Source of the DNA: Candidatus Kapaibacterium sp.
Lineage (GTDB): Bacteria; Bacteroidota; Ignavibacteria; Palsa-1295
Direction: 5' to 3'
NCBI GenBank assembly: GCA_035686785.1
Contig: DASRZC010000029.1
Coordinates: 43-64,042, forward strand
Length of the DNA stretch: 64,000 nucleotides
Shown here: in pieces, positions 46,969 through 57,216 of the stretch
Position numbering within the stretch: the first letter of the stretch is position 1
Layout of the letters: every line of letters begins with the position of its first letter
Notes under the pieces: generated by a model
The model's input: only the letters and a program-made list of their open reading frames with translations
Database searches by the model: none
What the model was told of the DNA's origin: nothing
Program-made: the position numbers and the translations under genes

Positions 46969-49431
46969 TTACACTGCATTAATTCGTTCTTCCCCCTGAT
47001 ACAGCGGCTTTTCATAAACGCGATAGCGCTTATACGCTTCGCCATTCATCACCTGCGCCGCACGGGTCATCATCGCGTTATCTTCGAGCACCCAGGAGGC
47101 CTCGCCATACTTGATGCCCTTCTGTTTTGCGCGTTCCATGATCACGCGATAGAGCAGCGCATCGACCGCGCGGCCGCGATATTCGGGCATAACACCGAGC
47201 AAAACGATGCGCAGAGTGTCGATTGATTTTTTCTTCGTCATCAGATTGGAAATCGCCGTCGGCAAATTCATTGCACCTTTCGGTATCGGTTTGCCGGCAA
47301 GAAAGGCCTGATTGATGTCGGGAATGCAAAGCGAAAATCCAATCGTGCGCATCGTTCCGTTCGCGTCCGGCGCTTCGGCGAAGAGTACAAAATCGGGATC
47401 GATAATTTGTTTAAGTTCCGTCGCAAGCATCGTGATTTCATCGGCATCGAGCGGCACGGCACCCCAGTTCTCTTCCCAGCCGCGCGAATAAAGATCGCGA
47501 ATAAGATTCACTTCCTCGTCGTATTTTTTCATATCGAGCGGACGAATTTTTATTTTCGATCGCTCGCGCAGGATGTTCGTGACCCGCTCGATTTTTGGCG
47601 AAAGCGATTTCGTCTCGGTGATGCGCCACGCGAGCAAGTCCTGCACTTTTTTATAATCCGCTTGCTCCCACAGCTTTTTATAATAGCTTGGATGATAGGG
47701 CATCATGACGGCCGGTGGGTATTCGAAGCCTTCCACCAGCAAGCCGACTTCATCATTAATAGATGGACTAATCGGTCCGCGAACCTGGTGCATTCCGTGC
47801 GAGCGAAGAAAATCTTCCGCGGCCGTGAAGAGCGCATCCGCAACGTGCTCGTCATTCACGCTATCGAAAAAGCCAATGAAACCAACTTTATCGCCATATA
47901 GCTCATTATGGCTGCGATTGATAATCGCGGCGATGCGTCCGACGATTTTTCCCTGCGCGTCCTCTGCGAGGAATAGCTGGCTCGTGGCGTGTTTGTAAAA
48001 CGGATTTTTCGCTTCGTCAATGAGCCGCATTCTATCCATTTCGAGCGGTGGAACCCAATTCTTTTCATTCCCATAAAGCTCCCACGGCAAGCGGATGAAG
48101 CGGAGCTTGTCTTTTCGATTCTCCACTTTGCGAATCTTGATGGCGGGTGTAGTGGACGGTGTGGATGGGATGGACGCGGGAATGGTAACTTCCGAGGGTG
48201 CCTCCTCCTCGTCTAAAACTCCTAACTCTTCGCCGATCTCTTTGAAGAGTTCAAGGATTTTGTCCAGATGGTGTTTTTCGTGCGTGGCCATGAAGCTGGT
48301 GCGCATCATTTGCATACCTTGCATGACTCCGGGCACGACGAAGGCATTCACGAATACACCGGCATCGAAAAGTTTGCGCCAGAAGACCAATGTTTTTATA
48401 TCATCGCCGATAATAACGGGAACGATACCGGTCTTCGATTCGATAACTTTAAATCCCATGGCTTTGAATTCGCGGCGCATGTAATCGGCATTGTCGATGA
48501 GATGCTTCATGCGCTCCGGCTCCTCGCGAAGAATTTTCAGCGACATGAGCGCCGCCGCAACGGAAGCCGGCGTAGGACTGGCTGAAAAAATCAGCGCCTG
48601 CGCCTGATGTTTGATATAATTGATGACGCGCTCCTCGCCAACAACGAATCCGCCCAAACTGGCGAATGTCTTCGAGAACGTTCCCATCGTCAGGTCGGTC
48701 TCTTTTACGAGATTGAAATAGCTTGCCGTACCGCGTCCGCCCTCGCCGATTACGCCAACAGCATGCGCATCATCGACCATAATGCGCGCATTATACATTC
48801 CCGCGATCTCCACCATGCGTGGCAAATCGACGATCTCCCCCGAAGTCGAAAAAACGCCATCGCTGACGATGAACTTCGGCGCGTCCGCAGGCAATTTCGA
48901 AATACGCCGTTCGAGATCGTTCATGTCGTTATGATTGTACCGAACGACCTCGCCATACATCCCTTTCGACATCAGATTTCCGGCGACGATGCAGGCATGG
49001 TTATCCTTGTCGCTGATCACATATTCACCGCGCCCGCAAAGTGTCGGGATAACACCCTGCGCTGTCTGATAGCCTGTCGAGAAAAGAAGGCACGCTTCCT
49101 TGCGGAAGTAATCGGCCATTTCGTGCTCGAGTTCTTCGTGGAGGCGCACAGTGCCGGTGAGATAGCGCGAGCCGGAGCAACCGGTGCCATAGCGCTCGAT
49201 AGCCTTTATGGCAGCCTCTTTCACGCGCGGATCGGCCGTCAGCCCGAGATAATTATTCGAGCCGGCCATAATCATCTTTCGGCCTTCGATTTGCACGACC
49301 GGGCCTTCGTTTTCCTCTATTGCCCGAAAATAGGGGTAATAACCGGCTTCTTTGACTTCATCGGCGCGCGTGAAGTCGTAACATTTCTGAAATAAGTCCA
49401 CAGGGTAAGTAATGAATGATGTGTAGCACAA
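46969..49431 (-). CDS. bifunctional fusion: N-terminal class-II PLP alpha-oxoamine synthase (serine palmitoyltransferase/Kbl-like) + C-terminal ~400-aa GNAT-like acyltransferase domain (820 aa). The true start is probably a few codons downstream of the TTG.
   Basis: The N-terminus has …[11 protein letters not shown]…GSNNYLGL…DDAHAVGV…GTFSKTF (PLP-Lys). The C-terminal domain (…GFIGFFDS…[10 protein letters not shown]…) has an acyl-CoA N-acyltransferase-like pattern. The two are joined by a Pro/Ser/Thr linker ([14 protein letters not shown]). Confidence 0.6.
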   Translation of the reverse strand: MCYTSFITYPVDLFQKCYDFTRADEVKEAGYYPYFRAIEENEGPVVQIEGRKMIMAGSNNYLGLTADPRVKEAAIKAIERYGTGCSGSRYLTGTVRLHEELEHEMADYFRKEACLLFSTGYQTAQGVIPTLCGRGEYVISDKDNHACIVAGNLMSKGMYGEVVRYNHNDMNDLERRISKLPADAPKFIVSDGVFSTSGEIVDLPRMVEIAGMYNARIMVDDAHAVGVIGEGGRGTASYFNLVKETDLTMGTFSKTFASLGGFVVGEERVINYIKHQAQALIFSASPTPASVAAALMSLKILREEPERMKHLIDNADYMRREFKAMGFKVIESKTGIVPVIIGDDIKTLVFWRKLFDAGVFVNAFVVPGVMQGMQMMRTSFMATHEKHHLDKILELFKEIGEELGVLDEEEAPSEVTIPASIPSTPSTTPAIKIRKVENRKDKLRFIRLPWELYGNEKNWVPPLEMDRMRLIDEAKNPFYKHATSQLFLAEDAQGKIVGRIAAIINRSHNELYGDKVGFIGFFDSVNDEHVADALFTAAEDFLRSHGMHQVRGPISPSINDEVGLLVEGFEYPPAVMMPYHPSYYKKLWEQADYKKVQDLLAWRITETKSLSPKIERVTNILRERSKIKIRPLDMKKYDEEVNLIRDLYSRGWEENWGAVPLDADEITMLATELKQIIDPDFVLFAEAPDANGTMRTIGFSLCIPDINQAFLAGKPIPKGAMNLPTAISNLMTKKKSIDTLRIVLLGVMPEYRGRAVDALLYRVIMERAKQKGIKYGEASWVLEDNAMMTRAAQVMNGEAYKRYRVYEKPLYQGEERINAV

Positions 49432-49445
49432 ACTTTAGTTTGTGA
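49420..49445 (-). promoter_or_regulatory. CAAACTAAAGTTTGTGCTACAC motif at/just upstream of the fusion-gene start
   Basis: It is a variant (2 mismatches) of the motif preceding pth and bioB, in the same relative orientation. Confidence 0.45.
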
Positions 49446-49539
49446 CCTTTGCTGCTTAAACGCAAAGAACGAGTCCTGAACTCCCTGTAATGCAAAGACT
49501 CTTTCACTATACATTCTTAAGGCGGCCCTGTATTTGAGC

Positions 49540-49583
49540 GAGGTGTAAGCAATGAGCGAAGAAGAATACACCTCATTTTTTTA
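49540..49583 (+). terminator. hairpin + T-run (gaggtgtaagcaatgagcgaagaagaatacacctc atttttttac) ~20 bp upstream of the 49601 start codon, possibly an attenuator or sRNA terminator
   Basis: Read directly. No upstream +-strand gene ends here. Confidence 0.4.
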
Positions 49584-49600
49584 CGAATCTTATTTTTAGA

Positions 49601-49900
49601 ATGAAAAACGCACCCACAAAGAAAACGCTTCGAGAATCGCTTCACCTATATCGCACCATCGCTGGATGGAACGGAGAATCGGCAAATGAATTGCTCAAAG
49701 CCGTTCGCCGGCTTGCCGAAGGAAGTCCGGGATTCCTGATGCGAATGGTGGCTATGCACCTGAACCGTTATCGCATTCCGCGCGGGATGCGTTTCGATTA
49801 TAGCGAACTCCGCGAACCGGTGCTCGCCGTCGATAAACGGGGCTTTGCTTTGGTCGGCACATTGAATGCTCCGAAAGTGATGCAGCTGGTGCAAATTTAA
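49601..49900 (+). CDS. hypothetical protein (99 aa)
   Basis: The ORF carries an intergenic context with its own hairpin upstream. No recognisable family. Confidence 0.35.
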   Translation: MKNAPTKKTLRESLHLYRTIAGWNGESANELLKAVRRLAEGSPGFLMRMVAMHLNRYRIPRGMRFDYSELREPVLAVDKRGFALVGTLNAPKVMQLVQI

Positions 49901-49903
49901 AAT

Positions 49904-50222
49904 TTATTTCCTCCGCACCATCGCGTCAAGCCGGTCGATGTATTCCTCGAAGGCTTTCTGGCCTTTGCGAGTAAGCTTATAGCTCGTCACAGGCTTTTTT
50001 TTGATGAATTGCTTCGTCACGGCGAGGTAGCCCGCTTCTTCCAGCTTGCCGAGATGGACGCTGAGATTCCCATCCGTCGCGCCCGTCTTCTCGCGAAGGA
50101 AGGTAAACTCCGCCGAATCGACCGAGACGAGCACGGCCATGATCGCCAGCCGGATGCGCGAGTGGATCAGCTCATCGAGCTGCTGATAATCGAATTGCTC
50201 GGCCACGGTTACGCCTCCGTTG
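49904..50222 (-). CDS. winged-helix transcriptional regulator (start uncertain; the ORF extends to 50455)
   Basis: …LDELIHSRIRLAIMAVLVSVDSAEFTFLREKTGATDGNLSVHLGKLEEAGYLAVTKQFIKKKPVTSYKLTRKGQKAFEEY is a wHTH of the ArsR/PadR-like kind. Confidence 0.55.
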
Positions 50223-50883
50223 AGGAAGCGGCCACAATTCTCCGGTACCGCCGTTGCAAAATAATGCCTGGAACGACCTGGAAGAGGATCAGCATGAGCG
50301 CGTATAGTCCTATGACATGAATGGAAGAAGAAAAGACCATCATTGTGACACTTGAGGCCCACCAGGCGAACGCCGTATTTCGCAGCCATGGTATCTGGTT
50401 TACGGTCCCGCTGATAAAGAACGCGATTCCGATGATCATCGCGCTTAAAAAGCAAATGAAAAGGGGATTTATCGCAGCTAAGTTTGGTAAGTTTGGATCG
50501 TAACCGTTAATGGCATCGCTAAGCATGAACATAATCACGAGCAGGCCGATAGAGCCGCCGCACGCGGTCCAGACGGCGGTGTCAATTTTGTCGATGATGG
50601 ACTTTGAGCCCGCTTCTTCCTTCCGGCGCTTTCGGTAAAAGTAGATCATCGATCCCCATCCAAAAAGAATCAGCGCGAACCAGACGTAGGCAGTGTAAAG
50701 GTCGCGCTGCAGAATGAGGGAAAGATAGGTAACCCCCATTCCGATAGCAATGATTAGTCCCCAAACGATGTAAGGCTCGCCACTTTGTGCGAAGCGGGCA
50801 CGGCTTTCGTCGAGGATTTTTCGAATGAATTGAAGTTCTTCCTCCGGCCGGGAGGGAGTAGATGAAGCAGTTGTAGGTGCCAT
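50209..50883 (-). CDS. hypothetical polytopic membrane protein (start MAPTTASSTP…)
   Basis: 4-5 TM helices. It is translationally coupled to the downstream wHTH regulator. Confidence 0.5.
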   Translation of the reverse strand: MAPTTASSTPSRPEEELQFIRKILDESRARFAQSGEPYIVWGLIIAIGMGVTYLSLILQRDLYTAYVWFALILFGWGSMIYFYRKRRKEEAGSKSIIDKIDTAVWTACGGSIGLLVIMFMLSDAINGYDPNLPNLAAINPLFICFLSAMIIGIAFFISGTVNQIPWLRNTAFAWWASSVTMMVFSSSIHVIGLYALMLILFQVVPGIILQRRYRRIVAASSTEA

Positions 50884-50900
50884 AATGGTTGATTGTTTGT

Positions 50901-50929
50901 TAAAGCACTTTGAATTACAAAGTGCTTTA
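50901..50929. promoter_or_regulatory. perfect palindrome taaagcactttg-aattac-aaagtgcttta 18 bp upstream of the membrane-protein/wHTH operon, a candidate operator
   Basis: Read directly. It shares the AGCACTT core with the AGCACTTAGCACTT motifs. Confidence 0.5.
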
Positions 50930-51016
50930 ACGTTAACTTTCCGAGTGAGTTCCGCATGAAGAAAATTATTTTTTCGGGATTCGTTGTTACAACGTCCATC
51001 ATTCCATCTACACGCC

Positions 51017-51283
51017 ATGCCAAACGCAACCTGCACGCATCTCGATCAAATCAAAAATGTAAAACCCCGCACGCCGAACGGCTGCGAGGAATGCCTGAAA
51101 ATGGGGGATACCTGGGTTCACCTGAGGCTCTGCATGACCTGCGGCCACGTCGGCTGTTGCGACAATTCGAAAAACAAGCATGCCACGAAACACTATCACG
51201 CTACGGGTCACCCAATCATAAAATCCTTCCAGCCTGGCGAAGATTGGATGTTTTGTTATCCCGATGATCTGTTCATGGAGTAA
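51017..51283 (+). CDS. UBP-type zinc-finger domain protein
   Basis: CTHL…CEECL…W…HLRLCMTCGHVGCCDNSKNKHATKHYHATGHP has zf-UBP Cys/His spacing. Confidence 0.65.
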   Translation: MPNATCTHLDQIKNVKPRTPNGCEECLKMGDTWVHLRLCMTCGHVGCCDNSKNKHATKHYHATGHPIIKSFQPGEDWMFCYPDDLFME

Positions 51284-51305
51284 TCCTAAATACGTCTATT
51301 AAAGC

Positions 51306-51432
51306 GTCATTGCGAGGAGAAGAAAGCGACCGGAGGAAGCTTTCTTCGACGAAGCAATCTCCCCGCATTCGACACTGAGATTGCTTCGTCGCGTTCGGCT
51401 CCCTTCGGTCGCCGAACGCTCCTCGCAATGAC
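51306..51432. mobile_element. palindromic MITE-like element (GTCATTGCGAGG termini), between convergent genes
   Basis: Read directly. Family copy. Confidence 0.75.
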
Positions 51433-51448
51433 GTGGAGAATTTTGTAC

Positions 51449-52351
51449 TTATTGAATTTTCCTCTCCAAAAACGCGCGGTCCCAATGGCTCAGATTTGCC
51501 ACAGACTCATACGTGCTCGTAAGGAATTCTAAGATGGCTTGCTCCGGCGATGGCGACCTGCGCACGTCATCGTAGTGCAGGATACATTCGCCGAGATCGG
51601 CATTCCAATCGGCTTCCCGAGGCTGGATCGGAGCTTTCTGCAGTTCCGGCAATGCGGGATAGCGGTAGGCATAAAACGCCGGCTGTTTCAATCTTCCATC
51701 TCCGGGCCAAAAACCGGCGGCGAAATGCTCTTCGTCGCCACCGATGCGGGCAAGCCTATTGGCATGAGGGCCGGCATTGCACGGTCGCCCGCAATATCGG
51801 GAAACTGCAAGATCGAACGAACCCCACCAAAATTGAACGGGGCTGCTCTTGCCCGCGAAGCCGGAACGAAACTGTTCGAAAACTCCGGCAACTTGCGAAA
51901 GCACAGTCCAAAACCGATGGACTGCTTCGCGGTTATAGGACCGGTGGGTCGTATCGGACGCGATCGGAATCGTGCTCTCCATCTCTTGCGGCGCGGAAGT
52001 GATCGTTACTTCGATCCCCATTTCATTGAGCGCGGATAGTATAAGACGATAAAATTCCGCAACCGGACGTGATTTCAATTCGATCGTCTTTATGTTCCCG
52101 ACACTGTCCGAGAGTTCAACGATATGCGAAATGAAATCGAATCGAATCTCGAATATCCGATGCTCGAACGGAATGGGGCCGGTCGTTATCCCTCGCGCCC
52201 AAACCCCATAAGCAACATGCCACCATTCGTTCAGGAATGGCGAGAGTGCGAGCTTTATTTTGCCGGGAATTTGCGTGTAGAGATGGAGTGTCTCGTAGGT
52301 GTCGAGCCATTCCTCATACGGCAGCGCGGGCCAGGATTCATTCTTAATCAT
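51449..52351 (-). CDS. conserved hypothetical protein (~300 aa, Trp-rich, cytoplasmic), possibly DUF5996-like
   Basis: An ORF with intergenic boundaries, flanked by MITEs. The family assignment is uncertain. Confidence 0.4.
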   Translation of the reverse strand: MIKNESWPALPYEEWLDTYETLHLYTQIPGKIKLALSPFLNEWWHVAYGVWARGITTGPIPFEHRIFEIRFDFISHIVELSDSVGNIKTIELKSRPVAEFYRLILSALNEMGIEVTITSAPQEMESTIPIASDTTHRSYNREAVHRFWTVLSQVAGVFEQFRSGFAGKSSPVQFWWGSFDLAVSRYCGRPCNAGPHANRLARIGGDEEHFAAGFWPGDGRLKQPAFYAYRYPALPELQKAPIQPREADWNADLGECILHYDDVRRSPSPEQAILEFLTSTYESVANLSHWDRAFLERKIQ

Positions 52352-52361
52352 ATCTATGATC

Positions 52362-52488
52362 CTGTCATTGCGAGGAGAACGAATCGACCGAAGGGAGATT
52401 CGTTCGACGAAGCAATCTCCGCTCTGGACGGAAAGATTGCTTCGTCACCTTTGACTCCCTTCGGTCGTCAAAACTTCCTCGCAATGAC
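52362..52488. mobile_element. palindromic MITE-like element (GTCATTGCGAGG termini) filling the gap between the PfkB-kinase stop and the next gene start
   Basis: Read directly. Family copy. Confidence 0.75.
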
Positions 52489-52490
52489 AT

Positions 52491-53440
52491 TTATATTTCC
52501 ATTTCTTCCAGATCGAAGGACGAAAGAGTTCGGAGCGCTTGAAACCGTTCGACGATTTGCTCCATCGAAAGATCCTCGATTCCTTCGGTCGAAAACTTTG
52601 CACAGCAAAAACTCGCCAGCACCGTGCCATAGATCACGGCGCGCTTAGCGTCCTCATAGCTGGTCGAACCTCGCTTGGCAAGGTAACCGATGAACCCACC
52701 CATGAAGGTATCGCCCGCGCCGGTGGGGTCGAAAATCTCTTCGAGCGGATAGGCTGGCGCCGAAAAAATATGCTCGTCATAAAATAGCAGCGCACCGTGT
52801 TCGCCTTTTTTGATAATAACGATGCGAGGAGATTCCTCCGAGGATGAGCGATCATCCGCAAGCATCTCCTGCAATTTTCGCCCGGCCACAATCAGGCTCG
52901 GATGCTCGATGAGTAAACGGGCCTCACTATCGTTTATCACGAGCGCATTCGAAAGCTTGAGCGTCCGCTTCAGGCTTTCCAGATTGCCGGTGATCCAGAA
53001 GTTCATGGTGTCGAGCAGGACCATCCGTGGGCGCCGGTCGAGGTGCTCGATCACTTCGCGCTGAAGGTCGGGCTGAATGTTGCCGAGCACGAGAAAATCG
53101 GGCGATTTGAAATGCTTGGGCACGTGCGGCTTGAATGTGGCGAAGACATTCAGATTCGTTTCGATCGTGTCCCGCGTATTCATGTCGTAATGATAGCGGC
53201 CATGCCAGGAAAACGTCTTGCCGCCGGGGACGATCTCGATGCCGGAAGTATCGATCGCATGGGTGCGAAAAAGCTCCCACGCGCGCTTGGGGAAATCATC
53301 GCCAACGACGCCGACAATGCCCAGCCGCTCCGGGCTGAAATAACTCGCGGCGAGCGAAATAAACGTGGCGCTGCCGCCGAGGGCGAGTTCCCGCGTGGCG
53401 AACGGCGTTTCTATAATATCTAATGCGAGCGAACCGACGA
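52491..53440 (-). CDS. PfkB-family carbohydrate/nucleoside kinase (probable TTG start giving MSLLIVGSLALDIIETPF…; the ORF is open to 53591)
   Basis: …GGSATFISLAAS…DPTGAGDTFMGGF is a ribokinase-family anion hole and GAGD motif. Confidence 0.7.
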
Positions 53441-53582
53441 TGAGTAGTGACAAAATATGAGAAAGTGCTAAGTGCTTAATGAGGATGCTCAACATTCGAC
53501 AGGAGGAAAAAAGCTTCACAAGAAAGTTGTACCGAATGTTCCGGTCTAAGATAAAACTCCGCTCAACGCTGTTTCCATCGCC

Positions 53583-54479
53583 ATGCCGCATGATTATGCT
53601 CCACCGGCCACTCGGACGAATGCAAGCTTCAAGATTGCGATTGGGCTGAACGTCCTCATCGTTGCGTTACAGGCCGTGTATGGAATTTTGAGCCATTCCG
53701 TCGCACTCGTCGCGGATGCAGGCCATAACCTGACGGATGTACTCAGCCTGCTCTTCGCACTCGGCGCGAATATCCTCGCCGCACGGCCTCCAACCAAAAC
53801 CCGAACTTACGGATTCCGGCGTACCACCATCCTCGCCGCGCTTTTGAATGCGATGATCCTCCTCGTTGCGACCGGAGCCATCTTATTTGCTGCCTTCGAC
53901 CGCCTTCGTCATCCCGCGCCCGTCGATGGCCGGACGGTAGCCTGGATTGCCGGAATTGGTATCGTGCTCAATGCCGCCTCCGCATGGTTATTCGTTCGCG
54001 GCCGAAAAGGCGATCTCAATGTCAAAGCTGCGTTCCTCCACATGGCGGGCGATGCAGCGGTCTCGGCCGGCGTCGTCATCGCGGGCCTTATCATTCTTTG
54101 GACTGGCGCTATTTGGGTCGATCCAATGATGAGTATCGTTATTGCAATTGTCATCGTGGCCGGAACCTGGTCGTTGCTGCGCGATTCGTTCAACCTCGCG
54201 GCCGATGCGGTGCCGGAAGGAATCGATCCCAGCGCTATCGAATCCTATTTGCGCGGACTCGAAGCTGTTACCGATGTCCACGACCTCCATGTCTGGGGTA
54301 TGAGCACTACGCAAATCGCAATGACCGCTCACGTCATTGTGCGCGAAGAGGTCGCGCACGATGCGCTTATCGCCACTATTTGCACGGCCATGCACGACCG
54401 CTTCAGCATCGAGCACACGACGATTCAGATCGAGCGTGGGGCGCTCGAATGTGAACTCGCGTCAAGCCACGTCGTCTAA
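53583..54479 (+). CDS. cation diffusion facilitator family transporter (Zn/Co/Cd efflux)
   Basis: Six TM helices with HSVALVADAGHNLTD and HMAGDAAVS motifs, plus a C-terminal cytoplasmic domain. Confidence 0.85.
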   Translation: MPHDYAPPATRTNASFKIAIGLNVLIVALQAVYGILSHSVALVADAGHNLTDVLSLLFALGANILAARPPTKTRTYGFRRTTILAALLNAMILLVATGAILFAAFDRLRHPAPVDGRTVAWIAGIGIVLNAASAWLFVRGRKGDLNVKAAFLHMAGDAAVSAGVVIAGLIILWTGAIWVDPMMSIVIAIVIVAGTWSLLRDSFNLAADAVPEGIDPSAIESYLRGLEAVTDVHDLHVWGMSTTQIAMTAHVIVREEVAHDALIATICTAMHDRFSIEHTTIQIERGALECELASSHVV

Positions 54480-54481
54480 CG

Positions 54482-55087
54482 TCAGTGGTAGAACGGACCG
54501 ACGTGATAGAACGAATACGGCGCGATCGCCATGGCAATCGCTCCTCCGATCGCCCCGATCACCATCTCGATCACCACGATAATAACGACCGCCAGAATCG
54601 CGTAGCCGACCTTCTTCTCCGCCGGAATGCTCATCGCATCCGAAATATGCTGCCAGAAGAGATAAATCGAATACACTCCGCCCGCAATAGCCGCGAGCCA
54701 TCCGAGGACAGGGATAACGCTCAACGCCATTCCCAGCCAGGCCGGAGTAGCCGCGAACACATAGAGCTTTAGCGCGTTCAGCGAATCGTTCTTGCCGCCA
54801 AAGCTGGGCGCCAGTGCGGCTAAGATCTGTGGAACGAAATATAGCGCGGCAATAGCCAGCGCAAATTCGATCACCACGCTCGTGACCATATACAGCGTGC
54901 CATAAGGCACGAAGGCGCTCATAACACTCGCAAAGAGCAAGCTCAGCAGGAAGCGCAGCGCGTACGCGATGAGGATAAGCGTCATGCCATAGCGCAGCAG
55001 GCTTTGCCGCTCCGACTCATCGCTCATAACACGGGTCCATTCGGCATTTTGATTAAGTACGATTTCCTTGGCGTTTGAAAGTTGCAT
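54482..55087 (-). CDS. Yip1-domain membrane protein
   Basis: A cytoplasmic N-terminus then 5 TM helices, ~200 aa, with a Yip1/DUF1282-like pattern. Confidence 0.5.
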   Translation of the reverse strand: MQLSNAKEIVLNQNAEWTRVMSDESERQSLLRYGMTLILIAYALRFLLSLLFASVMSAFVPYGTLYMVTSVVIEFALAIAALYFVPQILAALAPSFGGKNDSLNALKLYVFAATPAWLGMALSVIPVLGWLAAIAGGVYSIYLFWQHISDAMSIPAEKKVGYAILAVVIIVVIEMVIGAIGGAIAMAIAPYSFYHVGPFYH

Positions 55088-55159
55088 GGTGGTTTTTCTA
55101 ATAAAAATGAATGATGAACACAGATTCCTCATTGCAAATATACGAAACTTTTTGCGGCT

Positions 55160-55400
55160 CGAATAAAAATTAGGAATTAGGAATGAAGAATTATGTTAAT
55201 TGACAGTTCTCAACGTTAAGCATGTCATTGCGAGGAGCGTTCGGCGACCGAAGGGAGCCGAACGCGACGAAGCAATCCGTTGCTTCGAAGCAGGGATTGC
55301 TTCGTCGAACGAATCTCCCTTCGGTCGATTCGTTCTGCTCGCAATGACGGTAAAACGTAATACGATTTTCCAAATTCGTAATTCATAATTCCTAATTCGT
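55160..55400. mobile_element. palindromic MITE-like element (GTCATTGCGAGG termini at ~55224-55348) flanked by AT-rich GGAATTAG/AATTCCTAATTCG heptamer inverted repeats, ending at the yebC ATG
   Basis: Read directly. Family copy. Confidence 0.75.
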
Positions 55401-55409
55401 AATTAAAAA

Positions 55410-56117
55410 ATGGGTCGAGCATTCGAATTCCGCAAAGCACGCAAATTTAAACGCTGGGACAAAATGTCCAAGGCGTTCACCAAAATTGGGCGCGAGATCG
55501 CCATCGCCGTCCGCTTAGGCGGTCCGGATCCCGCGGCGAACTCCCGCCTGCGCATGGCCATCACCAATGCCAAGGGCGTGAACATGCCGAAAGACCGCAT
55601 CGAGGGTGCGATCAAACGCGCCTCCTCCAAAGACCAGGAGGCTTTTCAGGAAATCGTGTATGAAGGCTATGGCCCGAGCGGTGTGCCCATCGTCGTCGAA
55701 TGCGCGACCGATAACCCCACGCGCACCGTCGCGAATATCCGCAGCATCCTTACCCGCGCGGGCGGCACGCTCGCCACCACCGGAGCGCTCGATTTCCTCT
55801 TCGAGCGAAAAGGCGTCTTCAAATTCCCCGCCGAAGGCCTCGATCTCGATACGCTCGAACTCGAACTCATCGACTTTGGCGCCGAAGAGTTGACGGCGGA
55901 AGAAGGCGAAGTCACCGTCATGACCTCCTTCCCCGATTTCGTCGGAATGCAAAAAGCCCTCGAAGAACGGAATATCGCGGTGACGAGCGCCGAAATCCAG
56001 CGGCTGCCTACGGTATTCAAAGAACTATCCGAAGTGGACGAAGAACCCGTTCTCGAACTCATCGACAAACTCGAAGAGGACGATGATGTGCAGGCGGTGT
56101 ATCATAACCTGAAGTGA
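55410..56117 (+). CDS. yebC: YebC/PmpR-family DNA-binding transcriptional regulator
   Basis: MGRAFEFRKARKFKRWDKMSKAFTKIGREI…YEGYGPSGV are highly conserved YebC motifs. Confidence 0.9.
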   Translation: MGRAFEFRKARKFKRWDKMSKAFTKIGREIAIAVRLGGPDPAANSRLRMAITNAKGVNMPKDRIEGAIKRASSKDQEAFQEIVYEGYGPSGVPIVVECATDNPTRTVANIRSILTRAGGTLATTGALDFLFERKGVFKFPAEGLDLDTLELELIDFGAEELTAEEGEVTVMTSFPDFVGMQKALEERNIAVTSAEIQRLPTVFKELSEVDEEPVLELIDKLEEDDDVQAVYHNLK

Positions 56118-56388
56118 CCGTAACTCCGGTTTCGATGTCCGCTTTTAAGTTCTAATTGAAAGTGCTGCTTTATTTTTTTTAATTTTCATTTAATGAATAA
56201 GGCATAATTTCCTTGAAATCGCCTAATTCTAAATTTCTTTTCGATTTAAAATCAATCTTCATTCTAATTGACAATAGGTGCTCGTCATTTCACCTGCAAT
56301 ATAAGGAACCCAAAAGCAAAAGTCAAGCGGTTTCGAAAGATTTACGAAATAGAATTGTAACCCGCCCGACTTTGAGCGTTTTATCTAT

Positions 56389-57156
56389 ATGAGAAGTACC
56401 CTTCGATCGCTTGCGGCCTCGCTTGGAATTTCTGTTGTCTCGGCACTTTTGGTTACCACAACGGCTCACGCGCAACACCATGTAACATTCCTGATCGGCC
56501 CCATGGCAGGCTACAATTTCGTGATGTATCGAACCGATGCATTTCCTGTTATCGATGAGTCACCGTTCCAGGTTCCCCATCAGCCCCAATCGAATTTTCT
56601 CGTTCAAAATGGTACGGGCCGCGGATATTTTGTGGGAATCAGCGATGAAGACCCGCTTTCCAAAACGATGCACCACTTCCTCATTTTTGAGGCAGGCTTT
56701 GATGCGAAGCCCGCAACCTTTTCAATGGCATCATCGGGGTCCGGTCCGATAACATACACCGACACCACGATTATGATCACCGGGGTCAAACTTTGGACAA
56801 CGCTTTCCTATATTTACGTAAACCTGGGCTATAGATATAATTTCTGTTCGGATAGCATCCCAAACGGCCTCGGCATTCAATTATGCTTGAGTATCGGCGT
56901 GAAGTGGGAAGCTGATTTTTTGAAATCTGTTTCGGATGAAGACCAGGCAATAACAAATGCATCAGCGATTTCCACGGCCAATGCCCTCCGTCTTGCCCTT
57001 CGTCCGGAACTTACTTATGATCTGCCATTCACCGATTCCTGGGTGCTCACTCCCTTCGCAGGCTACGAGCTGCCCCTAACGAAAGTCGATCCCACGGAGA
57101 ATTGGTGGGCGAGCGCGCTATACGGCGGGCTTACCTTGCGCTATGCAATTTGGTAG
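56389..57156 (+). CDS. hypothetical outer-membrane beta-barrel protein (signal peptide; C-terminal …LTLRYAIW)
   Basis: Signal peptide SALLVTTTAHAQ, alternating amphipathic strands, and a terminal aromatic. It is preceded by an AT-rich promoter region. Confidence 0.45.
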   Translation: MRSTLRSLAASLGISVVSALLVTTTAHAQHHVTFLIGPMAGYNFVMYRTDAFPVIDESPFQVPHQPQSNFLVQNGTGRGYFVGISDEDPLSKTMHHFLIFEAGFDAKPATFSMASSGSGPITYTDTTIMITGVKLWTTLSYIYVNLGYRYNFCSDSIPNGLGIQLCLSIGVKWEADFLKSVSDEDQAITNASAISTANALRLALRPELTYDLPFTDSWVLTPFAGYELPLTKVDPTENWWASALYGGLTLRYAIW

Positions 57157-57216
57157 TGGCAAAAGGCCGTCGTAAGGAACGAACTCTTGGAAGGATGCGC
57201 CCGTTAGAATCCTATG

